From NCBI GenBank assembly GCA_977020255.1, contig CDROCS010000228.1, forward strand, positions 744,001 to 808,000: a DNA stretch of 64,000 nt, in the 5' to 3' direction. Position numbers and translations under genes: made by a program. This stretch comes from Obrimoposthia wandeli. Taxonomy: Eukaryota. The notes under the pieces are model-generated. The model did not search any database, was not told the DNA's origin, and worked only from the letters and a program-made list of their open reading frames with translations. Of the stretch, positions 19,301 to 31,599 are shown piece after piece (position 1 is the first letter of the stretch; each line of letters starts with the position of its first letter).

Positions 19301-20600
19301 AAAGTTGTTTTTTTAATAAAAATTTTTATATATTAAAAAAAATCAAATATTACTAAAATGTATCAAAAAAAATTTAAAAAACCCGTTAAATTATAATTTG
19401 TTTAACTTTAACAAAAACTAAAAAAATAATTTGGCACAAATTTAAATTTAAATATATATATATATATTTTTTTGAAATTACAATTATTTTCATCAGAACT
19501 TTTTAATTTTATTAACCAAAATTTTTTCACATAGCATAGTGTGTATTAATACGTAATACATTCTTTAACTGATCAGAGTGAACTTTGACCTAAATGTTCA
19601 CATAGCGTAATTGATTGATTACTATAGATGTGTTTGGTACTTTAATATTTTATTTAAAAATCCTTTAAATTAAAATTTGTTTAACTTTAATAAAAACTAA
19701 AAAATTAATTTGGTAAAAATTTAAATTAAAAAAAAAATTATTTTTGAAATTACAGGTATTTTTAAATTTTTTATTTGAATATCTTTTCTTTTATTTTAAA
19801 CAAAATTGTTTAATTACATTACTAAAATTAATAAAAATTTGCGTAAATTGAAATATTTTAAAAAAATTGTTAGTAAAGTATTTTGAGTTTATTAAACATT
19901 TAATTTTGCTTAATATTGGTTTTAAATAATAGTACTTTAAAATTTTATTTAAAAAAAATCTTCAAATTAAAATTTGTTTAACTTTAACAAAAACTAAAAA
20001 ATTAATTTGACAAAAATTGAATTTTTTTTAATTTACCCCAGGATCCCTCCACTTATGCATGATCATAAGGGTATGGTTGAACTCAATTTTGCTAGACAAA
20101 TACAACCATGTAATAAAATTATCAAGTTTGTTCCAAATCTGACCCCTAACTTGTGGACGACCTTAAAATTTTTACATGATTAAACAAACAATATTTTGAC
20201 AAACACAACCATGTACTTACAACTTTTTTTAACCCTTCATCTATGGACGACCATACCTTTATAGATGAATTCGCCTTCTAAAGATGATTCCAACCATGTA
20301 CTAAAACCTTGATATTTTAAACTTGATTTTGTCTTTAACTAGACCCTTTGATTTATGGATGACCATACCTTTATGGATGAATTCGCCATCTAAAGATGAT
20401 TCAAACCATGTACTTTCATCTGTGGACGACCACAACCCCTTGGCTATGTTGGCCGACCATAGAGGGTCACGACCATACTGTGTGGCAAGACACCATATGA
20501 TGAGTCAACATATACCCTTATGGTATGACACCCTTTAACATTGTGTGTGCACACCGGGGGTACCCCCGTAAGTGGTCTAGACTCCATCAAAGTACCTACT
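16387..20600. mobile_element. Non-autonomous Polinton-family element B, interrupted in its left TIR by element A
   Basis: 16387-16960 is an inverted copy of about 20040-20474. The right end reads ...GACTCCATCAAAGTACCTACT(20600). The interior is non-coding and shares blocks with element C. Confidence 0.8.
17050..18280. repeat. Degenerate CATTCA/TACTTG-rich tandem repeat block inside element B
   Basis: Recurrent CATTCATACTTGCATTCATTTACATTCATTCTAACTCTC and TTAATCTTGCTGTAACTTAGTC units, homologous to those in the arms of element C. Confidence 0.75.
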
Positions 20601-21330
20601 TATCATAATCTACTGTTTACTTGTTGAAAACAATTTCAATTAATTTATTAACTTTGTAGTTCTGATAAAAGAGACAAGTCTGAACAGATGCTAATGAGTT
20701 TGTTGCATACAGATGCACTTTGATGTGCAAATTTAATATCAAAGGTTATTTCAATTTATTCTATGTCTTAGTTTAGAATTTCTCTTTTTCTATATTCAAA
20801 AACTGTCTATAGGACTTATTTAAATTTACATTTACAGTATTGTACAGTGCGTTTGCGATATTTCCATGAATGTTTAAAATATATTTCTGATATTTTTATT
20901 TTATAATTTCTTAGAAATTCTAAGCTTTAAAATTAAAAGCAAGTATGATAATGTTTAGAGTTTTACTGGTTAAATTCAACATTTATACAAAAAAATATGA
21001 ATCTAGGTAGTAATAAAATATTTTTTTAAAAATAACCATTTGATGAAAATTATGTAAAAAATAAAGAAATATTCATATATATTCAAAAAATTGTTTTATT
21101 TTATTTCTTGATTTATAAAAATATAACTACTTCAATGAAAAACGCGAAATTTAGTGGACATAGTTTTATTTTCACTTTTTAAGAAGAAAACGTTAAAAAT
21201 TAAGTTTAAAAATATTGTAAAATCTTCTAATTAATTATAATTAAAATTCACAATCATTAGTGAATATATTCATAAAGTATGTTTCTTTCAAAAAATGTAT
21301 AATATATTTTTTAAAATCAATTAAACTTAC

Positions 21331-21897
21331 AAAACTCGAGCAATGTTACTTTGTGCCTGGCCTGAAGCATTTTTCGCCATACAAAAGTATTCTTCAGTAT
21401 CTTCAGAAATTACTCCTATGATATCTAATATCGCGAATCCACGATCCGAAATAATGTTGAATCTACAACCTGTAATGTTAAAATATTGTAATGTCTTTGA
21501 AATTTTATGAATTCTGTAGTTAGTACAAATCTTTACATACTGGTAACAACGTCAATATTTATTTAAACGCATATAAAATTTAAAAATGTTAATATATAAT
21601 TTCATGCATATAATATGAGATTATCTAAATCAATTTTACCGGGAAAAGTAATTAAATATATTTTAAAAATTTTAATAGACAAAAAAACTTTTAACTATTT
21701 AAGATATCGATTTAAAAATCTAAAATCAGATTTAAATTAAATTTCTTTTTAATTTTGAATCTATGTTACATCCATAAATTTACCATTATCGATTGGTTTT
21801 CCTTTCTGGTACCAGTCGATAGTGAGGTTGTTGTCATTGATTGGCACTAGCCTCCCTTCAAGGTGTACCGGTTTTCCTTCTTTCATATTGAATAATC
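21331..21897 (-). CDS. Two exons (21897-21784, 21469-21331) encoding one I-set immunoglobulin domain resembling titin/kettin (sallimus) repeats
   Basis: The spliced frame reads LFNMKEGKPVHLEGRLVPINDNNLTIDWYQKGKPIDNG|CRFNIISDRGFAILDIIGVISEDTEEYFCMAKNASGQAQS, with canonical GT/AG ends and matching phase 1. Confidence 0.7.
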
Positions 21898-23519
21898 CTG
21901 TTCACACTGCTTAATTCTTACACGTAATGCACAAATATTTCGGCACAATTCTTAATCGAATTTGGGAAATTCTCAATGATCAGAATTTTTATGTGGTCTT
22001 TGTTTTAAATTATGTATATAGACTAGCTCCTTACAATTTCCAACACTTAAACGTTCAATTGTAACAAATCTGGGTTACATTTGTGTTGAGAATTTCTAAA
22101 TAACTCTCACAGTAGGTAGAAGGATGGAGTCTAAGCCACTTGACCCCCCCCTTGTGCGCACACAATGTTAAAGGATTTTTCAACATAAGGGTGTCACACC
22201 ATAACGGTGTCTTGCCACACCATAAGGGTATATGTTGCCTCACCATATAAATGTCACACCATAAGGGTATATGTTGACTCACCATAAGGGTGTCTTGCCA
22301 CACCATAAGGGTCTGGCTCAGAAAGTTTATGATAGGGGGAGGGGGGAAGGGTCAAGTGGCTTAGTCTCCACCCTTCTTTGGTATACCACTAAAGGGTTGT
22401 GGTCGTCCATAATTCAAAGGGTCAAGGTCAGTTTTGACTTGAAGGTTTGAAAGTATGGTCATGACCGTCTATGGTCGTTCAAAAATCAAAGGGTCAGACT
22501 CAGTTTTGACTTGAAACTTTGAAGGTATAATTAAGGTCAACTATGGTTGGCCGTCACATCTAAAGGGTTGTGGTCGTCCATAAATCAAAGGGTCAGACTC
22601 AGTTTTGACTTGAAACTTTGAAGGTATTATTAAGGTCAACTATGGTTGGCCATCACATCTAAAGGGTTGTGGTCGTCCATAGGTCAAAGGGTTGGGCTAA
22701 AAAAAAAAAAATTAAAATATCAAGGTTTTAGTACATGGTTGTAATCATCTTTAGAAGGTGAATTCAGTCATAAAGTATGACTGTCCATAAATCAAAGGGT
22801 CGAGCTATAGACCAAATCAAGTTTTAAATGTCAAGGTTTGAATACATGGTTGTAATCATCTTTAGAAGACGAATTCATCCATATATGTATGGTCGTCTAT
22901 AGATGAAGGGTTAAAGAAAAGTTGGAATTTCATAGTTTCAAGTACATGGTTGTATTCTTCAACATATTACGAGTTTATTCATGTACAAATTTTATGGTCG
23001 TTCACAAGTTAAGAGTCAGATTTGGCATAAATTAAGAAATTATATAGTATTCAATCAATTATTCTATGTGAAAGTTCACTCTTATCAGTTAAGGAATGTA
23101 TTACGTAATCATACACACACTATTCTATGTGAAAATTTAGTCTAAAGTTCACTCTTATCAGTTAAGGAATGTGGTTTTTAACACACACACTATTCTATGT
23201 GAAAGTTTAGATCAAAATTTTTTCCTAGGCTTATACATCTATAGAATTATGATAAAATTTCTTTAAATAACTTAAATTACATATTAAAATAAAAAATAAA
23301 ATAAGAAAGAAGTCAGAGAATAATACAAAATTAAACACATTTATTATGCAATTTCATAATATCATCTTCAAACTTAAGTGAATAACATTTACAAAGTAAG
23401 AAAGTCCATTCTTTATACATTCTTTTCGTTTCAACGACTAAGTTACAGAGGGGAAAAAAAACAACAACACTAAGTTTAACGCTATGAATGAAAATTAGTA
23501 AAATATTAATTTATTTGAA

Positions 23520-24660
23520 TATTTGAATGATAGTTTGAATAAATGAGAGTTAGATTAAATGTAAATGAATGCAAGTATGAAAAAAAAACACTAAGTTTAA
23601 CGCTATGAATGAAAATTAGTAAAATATTAATTTATTTGAATATTTGAATGAGAGTTAGATTGAATGTAAATGAATACAAGTATGAATGCAAGTATGATGT
23701 AATTTACAAGTAAGAGTCTTAGCAAGTGAATGTAATTTAAAAAATAAGAGTGTCGATCGTTTGATTGAATACAAGTGTAATTTAGACTATATGTAAATTA
23801 AAATAGAGTTTTCGTTGAATAAATTATAGTTAGATTGAATGTAAATGAATGCAAGTATGAATGCAAGTGAATGCTAGTATGAATGTCAATACAAGTAAGA
23901 GTCTTAGCAAGTGAATGTAATTTAAAAATAAGAGTGTCGATAGTTTGATTGAATACAAGTGTAATTTAGACTATAAGTAAATTAAAATAGAGTTTTCGTT
24001 GAATAAATTATAGTTAGATTGAATGTAAATGAATGCAAGTATGAATGCAAGTGAATGCTAGTATGAATGTCAATACAAGTAAGAGTCTTAGCAAGTGAAT
24101 GTAATTTAAAAATAAGAGTGTCGATAGTTTGATTGAATACAAGTGTAATTTAGACTATAAGTAAATTAAAATAGAGTTTTCGTATGAATAAAGTTATGTT
24201 AAGTTACAGTTAGATTAATAACAAGTAATCAACTATAAGAAGCAGTGATATTGAAGTATGTTAAAAGTTAGAACGACTAAGTTACAGCAAGATTAATAGA
24301 AAACAACACTAAGTTTGAAGGTATGAATGAAAATTAGTAAAATATTAATGTATTTGAATGTAATTGAATGATAGTTTGAATAAATTACAGTTAGATTGAA
24401 TGTAAATGAATGCAAGTATGATTGAATGCATCTACAAGTACAAGTAAGAAAGAATACGACTGCAAGTACGAATGTCAATTATGAATGAAAATTAGTAAAT
24501 ATATTAATGAATTTGAATGGTAGTTTAAATATACGAGAGTTAGAATGAATGTAAGTGAATGCAAGTATGAATGTAAGTGAATGCAAGTATGAATGTAAGT
24601 GAATGCAAGTATGAATGCAAATACAAGTAAGAATCTTTGCAAGTGAATCTAAAAATGCAA
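23520..24660. repeat. ~185-bp tandem units plus GAATG/CAAGT short repeats, left arm of C
   Basis: GAGTCTTAGCAAG at 23714, 23899 and 24083. Confidence 0.8.
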
Positions 24661-25519
24661 GTGAGTACTAGCTAATTATTAAATTAATACTATCAATCAA
24701 TGAAGATGATGTAACAACCTGATGAAGTTAAAATAATTAGATGTGAACTTTCATATTTTCACATAGTTTACCCCATGTTAAAGTTAACCTTTCATACACA
24801 CTCATGCAATTAAATAATTAAAATGTCTTATCTCGTTTAATAACATTCCTTAATTGAAATATTTTAAAATAATTAGATAAATTTAAATTCTTTATTTTTA
24901 AATAACTTGATTATAAAATTATATTCGTAAATATAATTGAAATTATCATTATTCGTTTCTCTTTTTAACTATTCGAAAATATATTTATATACAAATTTAG
25001 TAAATTAACTCAACAAAGAATTTTTTTTTAATTACTTGATATTTTTGCCATTCTCTTATCAATATAATATGAATATTCAATTATTTCTTAAAAAATTCTT
25101 TTTATATGTTATATAATATTTCTTTACCACATTATTGTGGTATTTTATCAAGTGATTTTAACTTTAAACTATTAAAAAATATTTTAATTATAAAGTTACT
25201 AGCTGTACCCCACCGACTGCCTATAATATAAATTTCAAATATAAAGTACTATTAAATGTATTCTTTCAAATAGTAAATGTTCTTTAAAGAATTTAAATTT
25301 ATCTAATTATTTTAAAATATTTCAATTAAGGAATGTTATTAAACGAGATAAGACATTTTAATTATTTAATTGCATGAGTGTGTATGAAAGGTTAACTTTA
25401 ACATGGGGTAAACTATGTGAAATATGAAAGTTCACATCTTAATTATTATAACTTCATCAGGTTGTTACATCATCTTCATTGATTGATAGTATTAATTTAA
25501 TAATTAGCTAGTACTCACT

Positions 25520-26900
25520 TGCATTTTTAGATTCACTTGCAAAGATTCTTACTTGTATTTGCATTCATACTTGCATTCACTTACATTCATACTTGCATTC
25601 ACTTACATTCATACTTGCATTCACTTACATTCATTCTAACTCTCGTATATTTAAACTAGCATTCAAATTCATTAATATATTTACTAATTTTCATTCATAA
25701 TTGACATTCGTACTTGCAGTCGTATTCTTTCTTACTTGTACTTGTAGATACATTCAATCATACTTGTATTCATTTACATTCAATCTAACTGTAATTTATT
25801 CAAACTATCATTCAATTACATTCAAATACATTAATATTTTACTAATTTTCATTCATACCTTCAAACTTAGTGTTGTTTTCGATTAATCTTGCTGTAACTT
25901 AGTCGTTCTAACTTTTAACATACTTCAATATCACTGCTTCTTATAGTTGATTACTTGTTATTAATCTAACTGTAACTTAACATAACTTTATTCATACGAA
26001 AACTCTATTTTAATTTACTTATAGTCTAAATTACACTTGTATTCAATCAAACTATCGACACTCTTATTTTTAAATTACATTCACTTGCTAAGACTCTTAC
26101 TTGTATTGACATTCATACTAGCATTCACTTGCATTCATACTTGCATTCATTTACATTCAATCTAACTATAATTTATTCAACGAAAACTCTATTTTAATTT
26201 ACTTATAGTCTAATTACACTCGTATTCAATCAAAATATCGACCCTCTTATTTTTTCCCAAATTACATTCACTTGCTAAGACTCTTACTTGTATTGACATT
26301 CATACTAGCATTCACTTGCATTCATACTTGCATTCATTTGCATTCAATCTAACTATAATTTATTCAATGAAAACTCTATTTTAATTTACTTATAGTCTAA
26401 ATTACACTTGTATTCAATCAAACTATCGACACTCTTATTTTTAAATTACATTCACTTGCTAAGACTCTTACTTGTATTGAAATTCATACTAGCATTCACT
26501 TGCATTCATACTTGCATTCATTTGCATTCAATCTAACTATAATTTATTCAACGAAAACTCTATTTTAATTTACTTATAGTCTAAATTACACTTGTATTCA
26601 ATCAAACTATCGACACTCTTATTTTTTAAATTACATTCACTTGCTAAGACTCTTACTTGTAAATTACATCATACTTGCATTCATACTTGTATTCATTTAC
26701 ATTCAATCTAACTCTCATTTATTAAAACTATCATTCAAATATTCAAATAAATTAATATTTTACTAATTTTCATTCATAGCGTTAAACTTAGTGTTTTTTT
26801 TCATACTTGCATTCATTTACATTTAATCTAACTCTCATTTATTCAAACTATCATTCAAATATTCAAATAAATTAATATTTTACTAATTTTCATTCATAGC
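25520..26900. repeat. Inverted counterpart of the ~185-bp array, right arm of C (one extra unit)
   Basis: GCTAAGACTC near 26087, 26274, 26458 and 26643. Confidence 0.8.
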
Positions 26901-29389
26901 GTTAAACTTAGTGTTGTTGTTTTTTTCCCCTCTGTAACTTAGTTGTTGAAACGAAAAGAATGTATAAAGAATGGACTTTCTTACTTTGTAAATGTTATTC
27001 ACTTAAGTTTGAAGATGATATTATGAAATTACATAATAAATGTGTTTAATTTTGTATTATTCTCTGACTTCTTTCTTATTTTATTTTTTATTTTAATATG
27101 TAATTTAAGTTATTTAAAGAAATTTTATCATAATTCTATAGATGTATAAGCCTAGGAAAAAATTTTGATCTAAACTTTCACATAGAATAGTGTGTGTGTT
27201 AAAAACCACATTCCTTAACTGATAAGAGTGAACTTTAGACTAAATTTTCACATAGAATAGTGTGTGTATGATTACGTAATACATTCCTTAACTGATAAGA
27301 GTGAACTTTCACATAGAATAATTGATTGAATACTATATAATTTCTTAATTTATGCCAAATCTGACTCTTAACTTGTGAACGACCATAAAATTTGTACATG
27401 AATAAACTCGTAATATGTTGAAGAATACAACCATGTACTTGAAACTATGAAATTCCAACTTTTCTTTAACCCTTCATCTATGGTCGACCATACATATATG
27501 GATGAATTCGTCTTCTAAAGATGATTACAACCATGTATTCAAACCTTGACATTTAAAACTTGATTTGGTCTATAGCTCGACCCTTTGATTTATGGACAGT
27601 CATACTTTATGACTGAATTCACCTTCTAAAGATGATTACAACCATGTACTAAAACCTTGACATTTAAAACTTGATTTGGTCTATAGCTCGACCCTTTGAT
27701 TTATGGACAGTCATACTTTATGACTGAATTCACCTTCTAAAGATGATTACAACCATGTACTAAAACCTTGATATTTTAATTTTTTTTTTTTAGCCCAACC
27801 CTTTGACCTATGGACGACCACAACCCTTTAGATGTGATGGCCAACCATAGTTGACCTTAATAATACTTTCAAAGTTTCAAGTCAAAACTGAGTCTGACCC
27901 TTTGATTTATGGACGACCACAACCCTTTAGATGTGACGGCCAACCATAGTTGACCTTAATTATACCTTCAAAGTTTCAAGTCAAAACTGAGTCTGACCCT
28001 TTGATTTTTGGACGACCATGACCCTTTAGATATGTTGGTTGACCATAGACGGTCATGACCATACCTTCAAACCTTCAAGTCAAAACTGACCTTGACCCTT
28101 TGAATTATGGACGACCACAACCCTTTAGTGGTATACCAAAGAAGGGTGGAGACTAAGCCACTTGACCCTTCCCCCCTCACCCTATCATAAACTTTCTGAG
28201 CCAGACCCTTATGGTGTGGCAAGACACCCTTATGGTGAGTCAACATATACCCTTATGGTGTGACATTTCTATGGTGAGGCAACATATACCCTTATGGTGT
28301 GGCAAGACACCGTTATGGTGTGACACCCTTATGTTGAAAAATCCTTTAACATTGTGTGCGCACAAGGGGGGGGTCAAGTGGCTTAGACTCCATCATTCTA
28401 CCTACTTCTCACCAGTTACAGTAACTGGGAAAAATATCCAATTATGAGGATGGGACAAATGCCAACCCAAACAATAATTCCGGGACTGTTCACAGACTTA
28501 TCGAAACTTTATGACGGTTTTCTTCACAACAAAACACACAATTGTGGCGATTGACTTTTAAAAACATCCTCAAACAATTCATGAAACTGTTCACGGAATT
28601 CTAAAATGCAGTAAAAATCATCTTCATTCAGGTATTGAACCAATCTAGGTCACCAAACTTTTAAGTCTTATTTATTTAAGATCGTTGAACAGTATTTCGA
28701 GTTCTGCAGAAAGACAACGTAAAGAATATTGTTTGCTGTGTCAGCACTTCTTTAGCAATCTGCCGATTTTCCTATGTGTTCACTACTGAACGAGAGAACT
28801 TAGGGAGCAGTTATTTATACCATTTGTTGTTAAAATATTTACACGAATATTAATTCTAAATGTTATGGAATGGAAACAAAAAGAAAACATGGAGATTATA
28901 TTGATATTTTGCTGAAAAAGTCACAGCAATGTACAGAAGACTTAAGAGACGCATATTAAATATTACAAAGGAAAGATTCACCAATCAAGGATTATATTAA
29001 TTTAAGCCAAGTCAATATGGTTAACTAAAAGGAAGTTGATATAAGTGAAAGTAAATTTCATTTCGGAAGAAACCATTATCAAATTTGTACATGAGAACAT
29101 TCCACCAAAAAATGCATTGCGTTTAGGAAATTGTCCGGCACGACCGAAGGAAAATGGTAAAAAACAAAAGGTTGTGTAATAAATGCTTATAGAAAGGATA
29201 TTGGACAAAAAATATTAAGTGCAGACAATTATGTCATATAGATGGATGTAGTCAAAGCATCATTGGATTTAACACATTAGAATGCAAACAAAAGATCATT
29301 GAAGTATAAGGAAACAAACTAATCCGTAAAACCAGATGCATTTGCAGGTTCAACAGAAAATAATGGTGACTTTTCGAACAATTCCAGTG

Positions 29390-31050
29390 ATCATTAAGAA
29401 TGGATTGAGGGAAAGGAAAATATATGCTTCATTGGATGATGCTTGCAATACCAGTTATATTAGTCAGGTTGTGGAAGATTATTAAAATATTATTATTAAA
29501 CTGAATTAAAAGTAACATTTCAATCGGATTAACTAGGAGAATAGTGAAAGAAATGAAATGTTAAAAGGTATATTTTAAAATTGAAAATTGAAAAATACTT
29601 TTGATAAAAATGTTAGTACATTAGCTATTAAGAATTGACTGGAAATGTAAGAGTCATAGATAGGTCTGGAGTTTAAAAAGAGTTATCCACATTTGAGAAA
29701 TATTAATTTCCCGTCAGGAAAAAGCGAAAATATTAGGGATATGCTCATAGGTGCAGACATTTAAAAATTGCATATTTTTAATGTTTTTTATATTAAATAA
29801 TTGTTATATTTTTACGAATAATTATTTCCAACTAATTCAGTTGCAAATATTTCTGTCTTCAGTAAAAAGAGCAACAACAATGATCAGCAAAAATTATATT
29901 TTCAGCAATAAAAATAAAAATAATGATCAGTTAAAATTTAGTTTTAATCAATAAATGCAATAACAATGGTCAGCAATAATTTATGTTCTCTGTAATTACA
30001 GTAATAATCTCTGTTTTCTGTAATAACAGTAATAAATATGGTCAGTAAAAATTATTATTTTCTATAGCAATTTAAAAATTAGACTTAGAAATTATAAGAA
30101 ATCTCAGGGTGGTGCATGAAAATCCAAAATTCTTTCTACTGAAATATCCAGAAAGTATAAAAAACGTATTGGACTTTATGTATATGGATGATACATTGTT
30201 TGTATTAGATAAGAAAGATATAGCTGTAAGAAATATCGCAGAATTGACGGAGATTTGGAAAGTAGCGGAAATAAAAGCCTAAAAGTGGATATCCAACAAT
30301 AAAACAGTAAATGATACGATTCCATTGTGTGACCAAATAAAGACATTTTCAAATTAAAAATGAGATCTGAGAGATAAGAATGTTTGGAATCAAATTAAAT
30401 GCTGTACATATCTATTTCACATTCAAATGTCACATAAGAAAATATCAGAATATGACTAAAAGACAATTCCTTAGTATTTTATGCACTATTTTTGATCCTT
30501 TGGGATTTGATAGGCCATTTATAATGTACGTTAAAGTTCTGATGTAAACGAATTGGTTAGACGGAATAGATTGGAATAAAAGTATTAAAATTTATTGAAT
30601 AATAATATTAAGCCTTGAATTACACAATATAAGAAGTTGCAGAGAGTAAGAAGTACAAGATGTATTGTAGAAACAAAATATGATAAACAAGATGTACATG
30701 TTTTATGGATACATCATGTGACACGTTTATCGATGTAACCAATGTCAGAAGTGTTCATAGAGACGAAATTGATGTTTTATTAATAATCTCAAAAGATGGC
30801 AGATTGTTAAAGTTTAGAGTTATCACAGGTGCTTACAGACATATGCTGTAGAGATATTAAAGACGTAATGTTCTGGTCAGATAGTGAAGATGTGTTGTGA
30901 TTGATTAAACAGTCAGGAGATATTATAAACTATTTGTAATAAATCAAATGGGGATCATACAAGAGGTGACATAAACAAATCAATGGAGGTATGTTCCAAT
31001 AAAGGAAAATCTTACAGATGTGTTGTCACAAAAATTGGAAACAGCAGAAC
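29390..31050 (+). mobile_element. Degenerate BEL/Pao LTR retrotransposon pol fragments
   Basis: Protease-like KIYASLD near 29420, RT FMYMDD near 30180, TKRQFLSILCTIFDPLG near 30455 and FWSDS near 30870. Many stops and indels; no LTRs recognised. Confidence 0.7.
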
Positions 31051-31599
31051 TCGCTTAGAGTAAACGATAGAGGAAAGGGCTGTAATTCTGTTAGCAAAAG
31101 TTCAAAGATTTTGTAAAATCTTTCGCCATTCTTGTTTACTTTACATTAAGATCTGTTATGACCATCTGCAAAAGCAACAAATACTTTAAATAATATAAAT
31201 AAAAATTAATAGTCACAAAAAAGAAAGTTTAAAAAAAATCTACATATTTTTATGGAGAAGAGATTTCATCCGCTTGGTATTGCAGCATTCTTTTCGTGTT
31301 TGTCCGTCAGCTATCCCGCAACTGTACCTTATTGTTTCATTCAGTCGTGACAGCAGCCTATATATTCTGATTTAGAATCTTCTTGTGAGAGTCTATTTTC
31401 TTGACATTCTTTCTTTTATATTTTATAAATAATGAAATAAAAAATAAAGTTAAACCTATTTATATAAATTTAGAAATAATTTTAATTCTATTATTTTCTA
31501 TAAAAAATATTTTAAAATGTAATTTTTTAATTTTAATATACTTTAATAATTCAATAACTAAATATTTAATGAAATGTAATAAAACACCTATATAGAAAT

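Larger units (their letters stand above)
22111..28406. mobile_element. Complete non-coding palindromic (foldback) Polinton derivative, element C, with 6-bp TSD TCTCAC
   Basis: Starts AGTAGGTAG and ends CTACCTACT; TCTCAC at 22105-22110 and 28407-28412. Arms 22111-24894 and 25285-28406 are near-identical inverted copies around a 390-bp spacer. Confidence 0.93.

Noticed and set aside
25195-25225. ACTAGCTGTACCC in the spacer of element C, resembling some insect Helitron ends
   Set aside because: Too short, and no matching hairpin or other end was found.
17655-25886. Similar hydrophobic ORFs at 17655, 24293 and 25701
   Set aside because: They are translations of the shared AT-rich repeat unit with alternative starts, with no coding signature.
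23520-26900. Regularly spaced repeats as a possible CRISPR-like array
   Set aside because: Whole ~185-bp units are repeated with no unique spacers, the context is eukaryotic, and there are no cas genes.
28412-28428. Palindrome CCAGTTAC-A-GTAACTGG abutting the TSD of element C
   Set aside because: A single short occurrence, which cannot be distinguished from chance as a targeting signal.
22055-28447. Matching ORFs MVWQDTLMVSQH... at 22055, 28211 and partly 20323
   Set aside because: They arise from the CCATAAGGG terminal repeat array and run across element junctions.
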